46,841 bases of DNA from Bdellovibrionales bacterium (GCA_050246815.1 JBFWVI010000024.1:1-46841); one strand, 5' to 3'; positions 9,382-19,435 are shown, counted from the first letter of the stretch. Notes: generated by a model from the letters alone, not told the origin. Made by a program: numbers and translations.

Positions 9382-10266
9382 ATGCGCGCACAGCCCTTAA
9401 TGCTGAGTTCTCTCTTAAGCCTCCTCCTAACGCTTTCTTTTACCGCCGAGGCCGCCAAGGTCAGCAAGGTGGACGGAAGGAAAGTGATGATCGACCTTGA
9501 AGGCGATAGCGCCAACGCAGGCGATGTCTTCGTAGTGATGGATCCCAACGGAAAAAGAAAAGGCCTGGTCAAAATTCGAGCCGTCAAAGGCAACCGTGCA
9601 GTGGGTTTACTTGGCAAAGGAAAAGCCGAAGCCGGATGGGCGACCAAATTCTCCTCCGCCGGCAAAAGCAAAAGCGCTAGCGGCCAGGCTAAAACTTCGG
9701 GTAGCCCAATTGAAACCCCCACAGGCACGTCGTTTTGGGGCTTGATCGGCGGCTTTTCAATGAACTCGATGAAAGTAAAAGTCGACAACGATGGTGACAA
9801 CACCAATGAGACTTCGGTTTCACTTTCAGGAAATGCTTTTAGCTTGAAAGGTTTGTTTGACTACAACATGTTTTCGCAGATTTGGTTCCGTGGCATGCTA
9901 GGCCTTGAAGGCTTAAGCGCCAAAGGCCCCACTCAAGTGGGCTGCCAAAACAAAGCGTGCGATGCTAACATCTACTACCTAAGCGCCGATTTTTGGGCGC
10001 GCTTCTTGTTCTCACAATCCGGCAGCTTTCGCCCATGGGCTGGTGGCGCTTTCAGCCTGATGTTCCCGGCAAGCAAAAAGGCCACCGCTCTTGAAGAAAA
10101 GTCTATCACCAACACCAGCGCTATTTCGTTAGGCGGTGGTTTTGATTGGTTCACCTCACCTACTTTCGCGATTCCTGTGCAGGTCGAATACAGTCTTCTA
10201 CCCAAATCCGAAACCGTTGAGGCCACAGTCATCGCCATTCGCGCTGGCGTCATGTTCACGTTTTAA
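9382..10266 (+). CDS. Exported protein: small N-terminal beta domain + outer-membrane beta-barrel
   Basis: Signal peptide (AEA|A); amphipathic strands; C-terminal AGVMFTF Bam-type signal. Confidence 0.75.
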   Translation: MRAQPLMLSSLLSLLLTLSFTAEAAKVSKVDGRKVMIDLEGDSANAGDVFVVMDPNGKRKGLVKIRAVKGNRAVGLLGKGKAEAGWATKFSSAGKSKSASGQAKTSGSPIETPTGTSFWGLIGGFSMNSMKVKVDNDGDNTNETSVSLSGNAFSLKGLFDYNMFSQIWFRGMLGLEGLSAKGPTQVGCQNKACDANIYYLSADFWARFLFSQSGSFRPWAGGAFSLMFPASKKATALEEKSITNTSAISLGGGFDWFTSPTFAIPVQVEYSLLPKSETVEATVIAIRAGVMFTF

Positions 10267-10281
10267 ATTTATTGCTCTGGA

Positions 10282-12513
10282 TTAAGTGTGAGCCACGCGG
10301 GTGACGCCCATCACCCCTTTGAGCTTCATCAAACCACTCATCACTTCAGACAATTGTTTGGTATCGCGCACCGACACATCGAAGGTGCAAATCGCTTTCA
10401 GATCTTTTGTGGTTCGAGCTTGAGCGTTGTGAATGTTCACGCCAAAGCTTGAAAACACCTCTGTCATGTCTTTAAGAAGCCCCGCCACATCGTGCGAGAC
10501 CACACGGATACGCACCATACGTGCCACATCGGTACCGGTGTCTGTGCTCCACTCCACATCAATGCGCCGTGCCTGATCCAACTCAAAAGCTTTGTTGCAA
10601 TCCGCCCTATGAATCATGATCCCGCGGCCCAAAGTGATGTAACCAACGATGGCTTCACCGGGGATCGGAGTACAGCACTTGGCAAAACGCACCAGCACAT
10701 CGTCCATACCGTCCACGCGAATCAAAGATGAAGATTTTTTGTTGCGCTGAACAGCCGCCTTGAAGGCCCTTTGTAAGAAGCTACCCTCTTCTTCTTTCGC
10801 CGGGGTCGCCTGATTATGATTTGGAATTAGCTTCTCGATCACGTGCTGAGGGGTAGTGGTGCCATAACCCACCTTCACATAGAGATCGTCAAGGATCGAA
10901 CAGCCTTCATCTTTTAGAAGTTTGTCGAAGTCGGGTCCTTGCAAATACTTTTGCAGTGAGGCACCCGTTTTGCGGAAGCTGCGCTCTAAAAGTTCTTGTC
11001 CCAACTGCATGGCGCGTTTGCGCTGCTCAGCCTTCACATAAGCACGAATTTTGGACTTGGCACGAGTCGTGACACAAATCTTCAGCCAATCCTTAGAAGG
11101 ATGCTGGTTTTTGGAAGTGATCACTTCGACGGTGTCGCCGTTGTTCAATTTGTGTTTGAGCGTGACCATTTTTCCGTTGACACGGGCAGCCACAATGCGA
11201 CTGCCCACATCGGTGTGAACAGCATAAGCAAAATCGATCGGTGTCGCACCATCCGGAAATTCTTTAACATCGCCATTTGGCGTGAACACATAGATTTCGG
11301 ATTCAAATAAGTCAGATTTTACATTTTCCAAAAACTCATCTGCGCTATTGGTCTGCTGATGCATGGCCACCAGATCTCGCAGCCAATTGAACTTCAAATT
11401 CGAAGCCGCATCGGCCTTAGTGCCACCGTCATCATCGTCTTCTTTGTAGGCCCAGTGGGCCGCAATCCCACGTTCAGCCACATGATTCATGTCGAAGGTG
11501 CGAATTTGAATCTCGATGCGTTCACCGCCAGGGCCCATCACGGTGGTGTGCAGACTTTGATAATTGTTGTTTTTAGGCATGGCAATGAAGTCTTTAAAGC
11601 GGCCTGGGATCGGCTTCCATAGCGAATGCACGACACCTAAAATTTCGTAGCATTCAGACACTGTGCCCACGCACACACGAAACGCAAGAATGTCATAAAC
11701 CTGCTCATAATCGATGTTGCGATTGAGCATCTTACGATAAATCGAATACAAGTGTTTCGGACGCCCCTGGACTTCGAATTCGATCTTACTGCGTTTGGCG
11801 ACCTCTTGGGTCAAAATCCTCTTCACATCTTCGATGTATTTTTCGCGCTCCTTTTTCTTTTTGGCGACTTTTTGCACCAAAGCGTAAAATGCTTCGGGCT
11901 GTGCATAACGGAAACTCAAATCTTCCAATTCGATTTTCAATGTGTTGATACCCAAGCGTGACGCCAAGGGCGAATAAATATCCAGAGTTTCTTCGGCGAT
12001 TCGCACCTGTTTGGTCGGTGGCATATGATTCAAGGTGCGCATGTTGTGCAAGCGATCGGCCAACTTCACCAGCACCACACGCACGTCTTTACCCATAGCC
12101 ACGATCATTTTGCGAATGTTTTCGCCTTGTTTCTCGTGAGTATTACGAAACTTCATCCGCGAAATTTTGGTCACACCATCCACCAAACGCGCGACGGTCG
12201 AGCCAAAATTTTTTTCGATTTCTTCTAAAGTGACATGCGTGTCTTCCACTGTGTCATGCAAAAGTCCGGTCATGATGGTGGGTAGATCTAATTTAAGCCC
12301 CGCCAAAATCGCGGCCACTCCCAAAGGATGGGAAATGTAAGGTTCTCCGCTGCGACGAATTTGGCCTGCGTGAGCTTTTTCAGAAAATTCATAAGCTTTT
12401 TTAAGAATGGCGAGGTCCGCTTTGGGTTGATAAGTGCGGACCAGTTCTAAAAGATCATCGATCGATTCGGCGCCGCTCTCTTCAACCTTGTCATCAACGG
12501 CTAATTCGCCCAT
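10282..12513 (-). CDS. spoT: Bifunctional (p)ppGpp synthetase/hydrolase (long RSH, Rel/SpoT)
   Basis: HD motif LLHDTVED intact; RFKD, YQSLHT, EIQIRT synthetase motifs; TGS, CC and ACT domains. Confidence 0.97.
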   Translation of the reverse strand: MGELAVDDKVEESGAESIDDLLELVRTYQPKADLAILKKAYEFSEKAHAGQIRRSGEPYISHPLGVAAILAGLKLDLPTIMTGLLHDTVEDTHVTLEEIEKNFGSTVARLVDGVTKISRMKFRNTHEKQGENIRKMIVAMGKDVRVVLVKLADRLHNMRTLNHMPPTKQVRIAEETLDIYSPLASRLGINTLKIELEDLSFRYAQPEAFYALVQKVAKKKKEREKYIEDVKRILTQEVAKRSKIEFEVQGRPKHLYSIYRKMLNRNIDYEQVYDILAFRVCVGTVSECYEILGVVHSLWKPIPGRFKDFIAMPKNNNYQSLHTTVMGPGGERIEIQIRTFDMNHVAERGIAAHWAYKEDDDDGGTKADAASNLKFNWLRDLVAMHQQTNSADEFLENVKSDLFESEIYVFTPNGDVKEFPDGATPIDFAYAVHTDVGSRIVAARVNGKMVTLKHKLNNGDTVEVITSKNQHPSKDWLKICVTTRAKSKIRAYVKAEQRKRAMQLGQELLERSFRKTGASLQKYLQGPDFDKLLKDEGCSILDDLYVKVGYGTTTPQHVIEKLIPNHNQATPAKEEEGSFLQRAFKAAVQRNKKSSSLIRVDGMDDVLVRFAKCCTPIPGEAIVGYITLGRGIMIHRADCNKAFELDQARRIDVEWSTDTGTDVARMVRIRVVSHDVAGLLKDMTEVFSSFGVNIHNAQARTTKDLKAICTFDVSVRDTKQLSEVMSGLMKLKGVMGVTRVAHT

Positions 12514-12540
12514 GAACCCACTTACCCCAACCTGCAGGCC

Positions 12541-12566
12541 TTATCGGCAAAAGTCGGGACTTTTTA
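12541..12566 (-). promoter_or_regulatory. Sigma-28 (FliA)-like promoter upstream of rel/spoT
   Basis: Minus strand TAAA-N14-GCCGATAA; perfect -10 element, spacer one short of canonical N15. Confidence 0.55.
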
Positions 12567-12588
12567 GACGGGAAAGGGCCGCAATTCT

Positions 12589-12819
12589 CTAGCGATTCAA
12601 ATCTTTTTCAACTTCCACATCGAGTGAGCTGTCGGTTTCGTAATACACATTACCGGCTGCCACTTCGCGCAGCGCGGTTACGATGTACTTGTTGTCTTTG
12701 ACTGAGACAGTGGAGTCGTCGCCTTTAAGTAATTGTTTAGCCCGCTTGGCAACCAAAAGAACCAGGGCAAAGCGGTTGTCCACGCGCTCTAGACAATCTT
12801 CAACCGTAATACGTGCCAT
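12589..12819 (-). CDS. rpoZ: RNA polymerase omega subunit
   Basis: MARITVEDCL..VDNRFALVL..AKRAKQL; between gmk and spoT. Confidence 0.97.
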   Translation of the reverse strand: MARITVEDCLERVDNRFALVLLVAKRAKQLLKGDDSTVSVKDNKYIVTALREVAAGNVYYETDSSLDVEVEKDLNR

Positions 12820-12855
12820 GGAGACTCCTTTGAAAAGCCAAAATAAACCGTAGAA

Positions 12856-13422
12856 TTAGCGGTTTCTGAGGTAATCTTCAATCAATTTCTTGAGCTGCCC
12901 GTAAGCCGGGGCGAACTGGTCGTTGACGATTTGATGGTCAAAACGGCCTGCCTCACTCATCTCTTTGGCCGCGTTCTGCATCCTAAGATCCAAATCCTTC
13001 GGGGGTCTACCGGCCTCCCTCTTGAGCACTCTGTGACGCAGCGCTTCAATTGAGGGCGGGAGTATAAACACCGTAAGTGCCGTAGGAAACTTGGTTTTGA
13101 AGGTGTTTGCCCCTTGAACATCCACGTCCATAATCACGACCTCATCAGCCAGCCAGGCCTCTTCAAGCTGCGAATAAGGGGTCCCGTACCAGTTGTCATG
13201 AACCCGGGCATGCTCGATAAAAAAGCTCTCCTCGATCAGTTGCTCAAAACGCTCTTTGGACACAAAGTGATAAGGATTACCCTCACTCTCCCCCTGGCGC
13301 ATGGCTCGTGTTGTGAAGGTGACGGTGTCACGCAAACGGCTAAAATCGCGCAGGGCCTGCTCCAAAAAGCTGGATTTACCGACGCCACTGGGTCCGATCA
13401 AAATGATCATCGGCTGCTTCAT
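12856..13422 (-). CDS. gmk: Guanylate kinase (start moved to ATG 13422, ATGA overlap with yicC)
   Basis: GPSGVGKS P-loop, TTR..R.GE..G..YHF, YGTP, DVDVQG, FILPPS. Confidence 0.97.
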   Translation of the reverse strand: MKQPMIILIGPSGVGKSSFLEQALRDFSRLRDTVTFTTRAMRQGESEGNPYHFVSKERFEQLIEESFFIEHARVHDNWYGTPYSQLEEAWLADEVVIMDVDVQGANTFKTKFPTALTVFILPPSIEALRHRVLKREAGRPPKDLDLRMQNAAKEMSEAGRFDHQIVNDQFAPAYGQLKKLIEDYLRNR

Positions 13423-14294
13423 ACGATGTTTTGCACCTGTTCCTTCATCTGTTCGATCACTGCCTTGGCGTCGACCACCACTTGGGTGAGTTCGGGAAGG
13501 GGTGATTTGGAGCCAATCGTATTCACCTCTCGATGCAATTCTTGCGTGTAAAAGTCTAATTTTTTGCCGGGGTGACCGCTTCCTTTTAAAAGTTCCTGGC
13601 ATTGGCGCAAATGCTCACGCAAACGGTGAATTTCCTCTTCGACATCAGCACGATCTAAGTAGATGGCTAGTTCTTGATTGAGTCGTGCCGGCTCTACCTT
13701 GTCACCGACCGGAGTGCGGCTTAGTCTCTCTTCCAAACGTTTGGCCAATTCCTTTCTCGCGGAAGCGGCCAATTCACCCATCCGACCCACATAGGACAAC
13801 ATTTTTTGCAACAGCGCCGTGAGGTGTTTTTCTGCCGCTTTGCCTTCGCGCCGCCGCTCCTCATTTAAGCTCTTCAAAGCCAAATTCAGAGCCTTAAGCA
13901 AAACGGCTTTTTCACTGGATTGGGTTTTGCTTGTGCGCCAACTCATAATCTCGGGCTGATTCACCAAATCTTTCATATTTGGATCAGGTTTGATCCCCAA
14001 ACTTTTTGCCAAATCACGGTAGGCCTTTAAATAGCGGCGAGCCGCCGCATCGTCGACCACCAATTCAAGACCGCTTTGGCCACGCGCCCGTCGATTCACA
14101 TAAACATCCACTGTGCCACGCAAAACGAGCTCGGCGAGTAGCTTTTTGATATCGCGCTCAAAGGCCGCATGCTCACGCGGCAGATGACATCGAGCCTCTA
14201 AGAAGCGGCCGTTCAGCGACTTTACCGTCACTTCAATTTCGACCTCTTTGGTCTGCGCCCGCCCGGCACCATATCCCGTCATACTGGTGATCAT
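13419..14294 (-). CDS. yicC: YicC/YloC family endoribonuclease
   Basis: SMTGYG, KSLNGRFLE, RGTVD, GKKLDF..QEL.RE.NTIGSK, EQ.KEQVQNI. Confidence 0.95.
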   Translation of the reverse strand: MITSMTGYGAGRAQTKEVEIEVTVKSLNGRFLEARCHLPREHAAFERDIKKLLAELVLRGTVDVYVNRRARGQSGLELVVDDAAARRYLKAYRDLAKSLGIKPDPNMKDLVNQPEIMSWRTSKTQSSEKAVLLKALNLALKSLNEERRREGKAAEKHLTALLQKMLSYVGRMGELAASARKELAKRLEERLSRTPVGDKVEPARLNQELAIYLDRADVEEEIHRLREHLRQCQELLKGSGHPGKKLDFYTQELHREVNTIGSKSPLPELTQVVVDAKAVIEQMKEQVQNIV

Positions 14295-14349
14295 GAAACA
14301 CGGCCCCTAAAAGTAAATGCCCCATTATTCGATTGCATTAAGCGTCAAG

Positions 14350-15279
14350 TCAATCTTGCCGAGAGAAGAATTCTTGCAGTCTTTCCAATGGCTTTTGCCA
14401 TTGGGGGCGAGCTTCAAACCACTCGATTTCTTTGTCTGATTTGAACCAAGTCATTTGTTTTTTTGCTAATTGCGAGGTGTTCAGTGCGATGGCCTCTTGG
14501 ATCTGCTTGTCACTCCAGTTTTGAGCCAACCCTTCCACCACTTCCTTGTAGCCGATACTCTTTAAGGGTGCCCACTCCTTTAGATCCTGACGCAGCAGAT
14601 CTTCGACTTCCTGCCGCAAACCCATCTGCAACATCTGTTCGGCCCGCACTGCAATTCGCTGGCGCAATTCTTCGCGCGGCAGTTCAAGGCCAATTTTAAG
14701 CGAGCGATAGGGCCACTCTTCAGCTTTTTGCTCAAATTCGGCCTGTATAGTGGTCAACGATTTACCCTCGTTCTCGATAAGCTCGAGCGCCCTGATAATA
14801 CGGTAACCATCATTGGGGCTCAAACGTTGAGCATAGACTGGATCCAAAACTTGCAACTCTTCATGTAGACGCACCGAACCTTCCGCCTTTAACCGCTCGC
14901 GCCATACCAACGTTCTTTCTTTAGGCACTCGGCGTACGGGGTAAAGGCCTTTCATCAAAGCGCGCACGTAAAAACCGCTGCCGCCCACCGCAAACACCGG
15001 TGATTTTTGCGTGAGATGCTCAAGTTCAAGTATGGCGCGACGTCGAAATTCCGCAGCCGTCAAAATGTGCGGTGGGTGTACCCAGTCCCAAAGATAGTGT
15101 CCGACTTCATTTAGAGTTTTTAAATCCGGCTTCGCCGCGCCAACCTGCACGCGCGAATAACTTTGCACGCTATCACAGTTTAAAAGAACACCCGAAAAGC
15201 GTTTGGCGGCCGCCAAGGCAAAATCCGATTTGCCTACGGCGGTAGGGCCTAGCACAAAGACAACCGGGTGCAGCTTCAC
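14350..15279 (-). CDS. miaA: tRNA dimethylallyltransferase
   Basis: GPTAVGKS, DSVQ.Y, VGGSGFY, IGYKE, AKKQMTWF; follows mutL. Confidence 0.96.
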   Translation of the reverse strand: MKLHPVVFVLGPTAVGKSDFALAAAKRFSGVLLNCDSVQSYSRVQVGAAKPDLKTLNEVGHYLWDWVHPPHILTAAEFRRRAILELEHLTQKSPVFAVGGSGFYVRALMKGLYPVRRVPKERTLVWRERLKAEGSVRLHEELQVLDPVYAQRLSPNDGYRIIRALELIENEGKSLTTIQAEFEQKAEEWPYRSLKIGLELPREELRQRIAVRAEQMLQMGLRQEVEDLLRQDLKEWAPLKSIGYKEVVEGLAQNWSDKQIQEAIALNTSQLAKKQMTWFKSDKEIEWFEARPQWQKPLERLQEFFSRQD

Positions 15280-17126
15280 ACCAATCGTCCAAATTCGCGT
15301 TCAAGCTTGGGCCAGTTGTACTCCACGGACACCGGACGGCCATGCGGGCAAAAGCTTGAAAGCGGAAATTCATCCATTTGCTGCAATAAACTAGTCATTT
15401 GTTCTTCACTCAATGCTTGACCCGCTCGCACGACGGAGTGGCAGGCCAACGTGGCGCACAAGTCACCAATGGCCTTTTCGGCGGCAAAAGACCCACCCTG
15501 CTGGCTGATCTCTTGCGCCAACTTCAGCAACGCCGCCTGCATCGCACTTTCTTTTAAAAGAGTCGGCGCCGAGCGAACGGACACCGTGGTGGGACCCGAG
15601 GTTTCAATTTGAATTCCCAGTTTCTCCAGATCAGAGACTGCAGTTTGTAGAGCCTCCACCTGCTCGGCCTCCATATTCAAGGTCAGTGGCAAAAGATACT
15701 GCTGAATGTCGATCCATCCGCCTTGCCAAGAGCGCATAAGGCGCTCAAACGCCACTCGCTCATGGGCCGCGTGCTGATCAATCAAAACCAAACCCTGCTG
15801 ATCCTGAGCGATAATATAGGTCAAATTGGCCTGACCAAGCACTTGCAACCGCCCCCAGCGACCGACGTTTTTGCAATCTGAAACCGGCCGCGCCAGAGCC
15901 TGATCGAGTTCGTGACTTGCTTCAAATTTGGGTTCGTTGCTTTCACGCACCTCTTTCACTGGTGTTAGTGTTTGCGCGTACTGGCGCAACTGCGCGAATT
16001 GGGTGCGGTCCATTTGCGCATCATGCAAACGCAAATTCGTGGTGGGCTCTATAGGGGTCGAAACAGTCGAAGAAAAGATCGGAACTTCTTGAGCTTCAAG
16101 ATTTCCCTGAGACATGGGCTGTGATATCGCTTCAACGGAGTCCGCAAGCCAAGGTGCCTTCTCTAAAATTTGTCGAACAGCCCGATGAACGGCGCGAAAT
16201 GCCTGGCTGGGCTGCTGAAATTTCACTGCCGACTTGGTCGGATGGATGTTGATATCCACAACTTCGGGCAAACAAGTCACATTGAGCACGGCAACGGGAA
16301 AGTCCCCATGCATCAGCAAATGGCGATAGGCCTCGGTCACAGCAGCTTGAAGACTGCGATCTTGCACCAAACGGTTTTGCACCAAAGTCCAAATTTGCCG
16401 GCTGTTTCGTTCGCGCACCTGGGGTGGCGCAATCACCACTTCCGCTTTGACCGCGCCGTCTTCACCGAAGCCCGTGAACATGGGTGATAGCCCCAGCACC
16501 TGCTCCACACGAGATTGAAAATCGTTTTGCGCGGGCCAGTGATAAATAAGTTTTCCCTTTTGCTTCAAGCGAAAACCGACTTTGGGATTGGCCAAAGCCA
16601 AACCTTTTGCCACATGCTTGATCTGGCTGGTTTCCGCGGCTTCTGACTTTAAAAATTTCAGACGCGCAGGTACATTGCTGAACAAATCTGAAACCGTGAT
16701 CACGGTACCAAATTCGCCACCCTGCTCAAGTGCTTCGCTCTGCTCGCCGAATTGTAAGCTGATCGCACCGGCCAGTTTTTGCTCAGCTGATCGCGACACC
16801 AACTGCAGGCGACTGACTGCGCCAATCGTTGCCAAGGCTTCACCACGAAAGCCATATGAATGAATGCGCCAAATATCTGAACTTAAAGTGATCTTACTTG
16901 TGGCGTGTCTAGCCACAGCCAATGGCAATTCATCAAAAGTAATTCCGCTGCCATTGTCTTTGACCCGCACGTAGCGGCCACCTTGATCAAAATCGATTTC
17001 GATATCAGTGGCACCGGCATCCAGGCTGTTTTCAACCAATTCTTTGACCATGTGAGCGGGACGCTCAACCACTTCTCCAGCTGCGATCTGATCCACCACG
17101 TCGGCGGGTAAGGTGCGTATCGGCAT
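15276..17126 (-). CDS. mutL: DNA mismatch repair endonuclease MutL (ATG 17126; GTG 17150 alternative)
   Basis: IAAGEVVERP, KELVENSLDAG, GFRGEAL; endonuclease motifs DQHAAHER and CPHGRP. Confidence 0.98.
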   Translation of the reverse strand: MPIRTLPADVVDQIAAGEVVERPAHMVKELVENSLDAGATDIEIDFDQGGRYVRVKDNGSGITFDELPLAVARHATSKITLSSDIWRIHSYGFRGEALATIGAVSRLQLVSRSAEQKLAGAISLQFGEQSEALEQGGEFGTVITVSDLFSNVPARLKFLKSEAAETSQIKHVAKGLALANPKVGFRLKQKGKLIYHWPAQNDFQSRVEQVLGLSPMFTGFGEDGAVKAEVVIAPPQVRERNSRQIWTLVQNRLVQDRSLQAAVTEAYRHLLMHGDFPVAVLNVTCLPEVVDINIHPTKSAVKFQQPSQAFRAVHRAVRQILEKAPWLADSVEAISQPMSQGNLEAQEVPIFSSTVSTPIEPTTNLRLHDAQMDRTQFAQLRQYAQTLTPVKEVRESNEPKFEASHELDQALARPVSDCKNVGRWGRLQVLGQANLTYIIAQDQQGLVLIDQHAAHERVAFERLMRSWQGGWIDIQQYLLPLTLNMEAEQVEALQTAVSDLEKLGIQIETSGPTTVSVRSAPTLLKESAMQAALLKLAQEISQQGGSFAAEKAIGDLCATLACHSVVRAGQALSEEQMTSLLQQMDEFPLSSFCPHGRPVSVEYNWPKLEREFGRLV

Positions 17127-17163
17127 ATCATTTGATAGCGCTTTGAACACACCCTGTAAACGG

Positions 17164-18177
17164 TCAATATTCGTGTTGTAAGCTTAGCAAGTACGTCAAA
17201 TAGGAAGAGCTCTCGTAGTGGTATTTAATGTCTCCTCGAACGACGATTTTTTTGTGACGATAAGCGGCACCGACCTCACCGACGGCACCCAGCCGAAAAT
17301 GTTGAGAATCCGTGTAGTCAAAGCCCTCTTTAACCCGAAATCGGGTGTAATTGAGCATACCCCCCAACGCCACATGAGCACCCATGTTTTCCCATTCTAA
17401 AAATGACAAGGACAACAGCGTGTCGAACATCACCATCCAACCAGAGGCCGGCGTGCCTGTAAGATCCTGATAGTGGTCCGGCGCCTTGGGCGAAAAAGTC
17501 AGGTTTAAATCCAAAGGTGGGCCATCGAACAAAACCCCAGGACCTGTGAAACGCAACCCATACATCAACATTTCGGAGCTTAGACTTTGTCCCCGGTACT
17601 TCTCTTTGTAATTCACTCTTGAAATGCTCGCACCCAAGTATCGAGTTAAAGAAATGGGTTCACGCCCGCTTAAGGCCCTCTCACGCATATCTTCGACCTG
17701 GTTGAACACGGGATTTTTAGGGGCCTGCTTGGCAGGGCTTTGATATTCGGGAATCATTTCGTTGTCGGCGACGAAACCTAGTTTATTGCCTGCATACTTG
17801 ATCCGATAAAATAAACCCACACCGCCCACTCCCGGAAGAGCTTTGCGCGAGATCAAAACCTTATAGCCAGGCTGAAGTTGGATGATAATTTTAGCGTCAA
17901 AATCAGGGGCAGCATAGACCGTGGCACCATCCAACCCCACCACAGCGGATTGGGCTCGGGTTGTTTTTGCCCGGATCGCTTTAGGCGACGCTTTTTTGAC
18001 CTGTGATTTCGGCGCAGCCTTCACCTTCTCGGGCGGATTGAGCTCAGGTGAAAAGATTTCTTGGGCGTGGCTTGGCCTCGTGATCAAAAGGGTACCCACG
18101 CAAATGATGGTCAAACCAAAAAATGTCATCCCCATCCCACTCAATTGATTCATTAAGACTGCGCGCGAATGCTCCAT
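17164..18177 (-). CDS. Exported SH3-like domain + probable outer-membrane beta-barrel protein (start uncertain)
   Basis: Signal peptide (SHA|Q); ATVYAAPDFDAKII..L..G and FYRIKY...LGFV SH3b-like pattern; amphipathic strands ending LSLQHEY. Confidence 0.65.
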   Translation of the reverse strand: MEHSRAVLMNQLSGMGMTFFGLTIICVGTLLITRPSHAQEIFSPELNPPEKVKAAPKSQVKKASPKAIRAKTTRAQSAVVGLDGATVYAAPDFDAKIIIQLQPGYKVLISRKALPGVGGVGLFYRIKYAGNKLGFVADNEMIPEYQSPAKQAPKNPVFNQVEDMRERALSGREPISLTRYLGASISRVNYKEKYRGQSLSSEMLMYGLRFTGPGVLFDGPPLDLNLTFSPKAPDHYQDLTGTPASGWMVMFDTLLSLSFLEWENMGAHVALGGMLNYTRFRVKEGFDYTDSQHFRLGAVGEVGAAYRHKKIVVRGDIKYHYESSSYLTYLLSLQHEY

Positions 18178-18851
18178 ACCCGGTGCAAAGCTTCCAGCAC
18201 AATCTTGGTCGACATTTTACTTTGCCCCACGCGCCGATCGGCAAAAACAATCGGAACTTCCTGGCCCCGAAAGCCTTGGCGCAATGCTCGATACTTCAGT
18301 TCAATCTGAAAGCTGTAACCGTTTGAACGCACTGTTCCCAGCTCAATTCCGCGCAAAGTTTTGGCTTTCCAAGCATTAAAGCCACCAGTCCAATCCCTTA
18401 TTGGATAACCTAAAATCATGCGCGAATAAAAACTCCCACCCCGACTGATTATAATGCGACCCATGCCCCAATTTTCGGTACGACCGCCAGGGACCCAGCG
18501 CGATCCCACCACAAAATCATGATCCGGCAAAGCCGCCACAATCTTGAGCAGATCTTCAGGTCGATGCGAAAAATCCGCGTCCATTTCAATCACGGCTTCA
18601 TAGCCACGCGTGAGCGCCCAATCAAAACCCGCTAAGTAGGCTCGCCCCAATCCCTCTTTGCCCGCCCGACTGAGTAAATGAAGCCCCTTGTCTTGGGCCT
18701 GCATACCCTTGACCACCTCGGCCGTGCCATCAGGCGAATTGTCGTCGACCACCAAAATTTCAACCGGGGCTTGCACCTGACGAATCGCCGGAATCAGGTT
18801 CACTATATTTTCGCGCTCATTGTAGGTCGGAATAATCACCAAGATTTTCAT
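18153..18851 (-). CDS. Polyprenol monophosphomannose synthase-like GT2 glycosyltransferase (Ppm1/DPM1 family)
   Basis: IIPTYNERENI, VVDDNSPDGT, GLGRAY..GF, EMDADFSH, FQIELKY, F.DRRVGQSKM. Confidence 0.92.
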   Translation of the reverse strand: MKILVIIPTYNERENIVNLIPAIRQVQAPVEILVVDDNSPDGTAEVVKGMQAQDKGLHLLSRAGKEGLGRAYLAGFDWALTRGYEAVIEMDADFSHRPEDLLKIVAALPDHDFVVGSRWVPGGRTENWGMGRIIISRGGSFYSRMILGYPIRDWTGGFNAWKAKTLRGIELGTVRSNGYSFQIELKYRALRQGFRGQEVPIVFADRRVGQSKMSTKIVLEALHRVWSIRAQS

Positions 18852-18870
18852 CTGTCACCCGCTTTGAAGC

Positions 18871-19356
18871 TCAGACTGTTCGCGAAATACTTTTCGGCGC
18901 CTGAGATGTTCGCGCCGGCACGGGCAAAGGCTTTTGGCTTAAGGGTTCGCGCACACGCACCGCCGACTGTATGCGTTTTTGTGTCTCAATCAGGTTTTGT
19001 GCCGTCAAGAGGAAATCCGGTTGCTCGCTGCGCCGCTGGTAAAAATCACGTACTTTTTGGGCGGCTTGATCCGGATTGCGCGAATAAAGTAAGGGGTCGA
19101 ACCCACAAGCACCACAAGCCAACCCCATGCGCCAGCGGATTTGCACCACAAATTCGGCCACCATCAGCAAGCTGACAAAAAGCAAAATACCTTTGGGGTT
19201 GAGTTCGCGCCAAACCAAAGCCGTCACAATCGTGCCCAATAAAGCCATCCACGCGACATCAGTCCAGGTCAAATGCCGCTTCACGTACACCCGGCGCGGG
19301 CGTTTGCAAAAGGCGCAATAGCAACGACGGTAAGAGTTGGTGAATAGCGGCTTCAT
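18871..19356 (-). CDS. Hypothetical two-TM membrane protein with Cys clusters (putative Zn ribbon)
   Basis: CYCAFC before and CGACGFDP after two hydrophobic helices; ATG 19356 preferred. Confidence 0.7.
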   Translation of the reverse strand: MKPLFTNSYRRCYCAFCKRPRRVYVKRHLTWTDVAWMALLGTIVTALVWRELNPKGILLFVSLLMVAEFVVQIRWRMGLACGACGFDPLLYSRNPDQAAQKVRDFYQRRSEQPDFLLTAQNLIETQKRIQSAVRVREPLSQKPLPVPARTSQAPKSISRTV

Positions 19357-19435
19357 ACCCAGATTGTCGCAAATTTTGGTCGGGCTCGCATAGACGAGTT
19401 TTTGTGTTTTGAGTGCCACATGCTAGAATCAAGAT

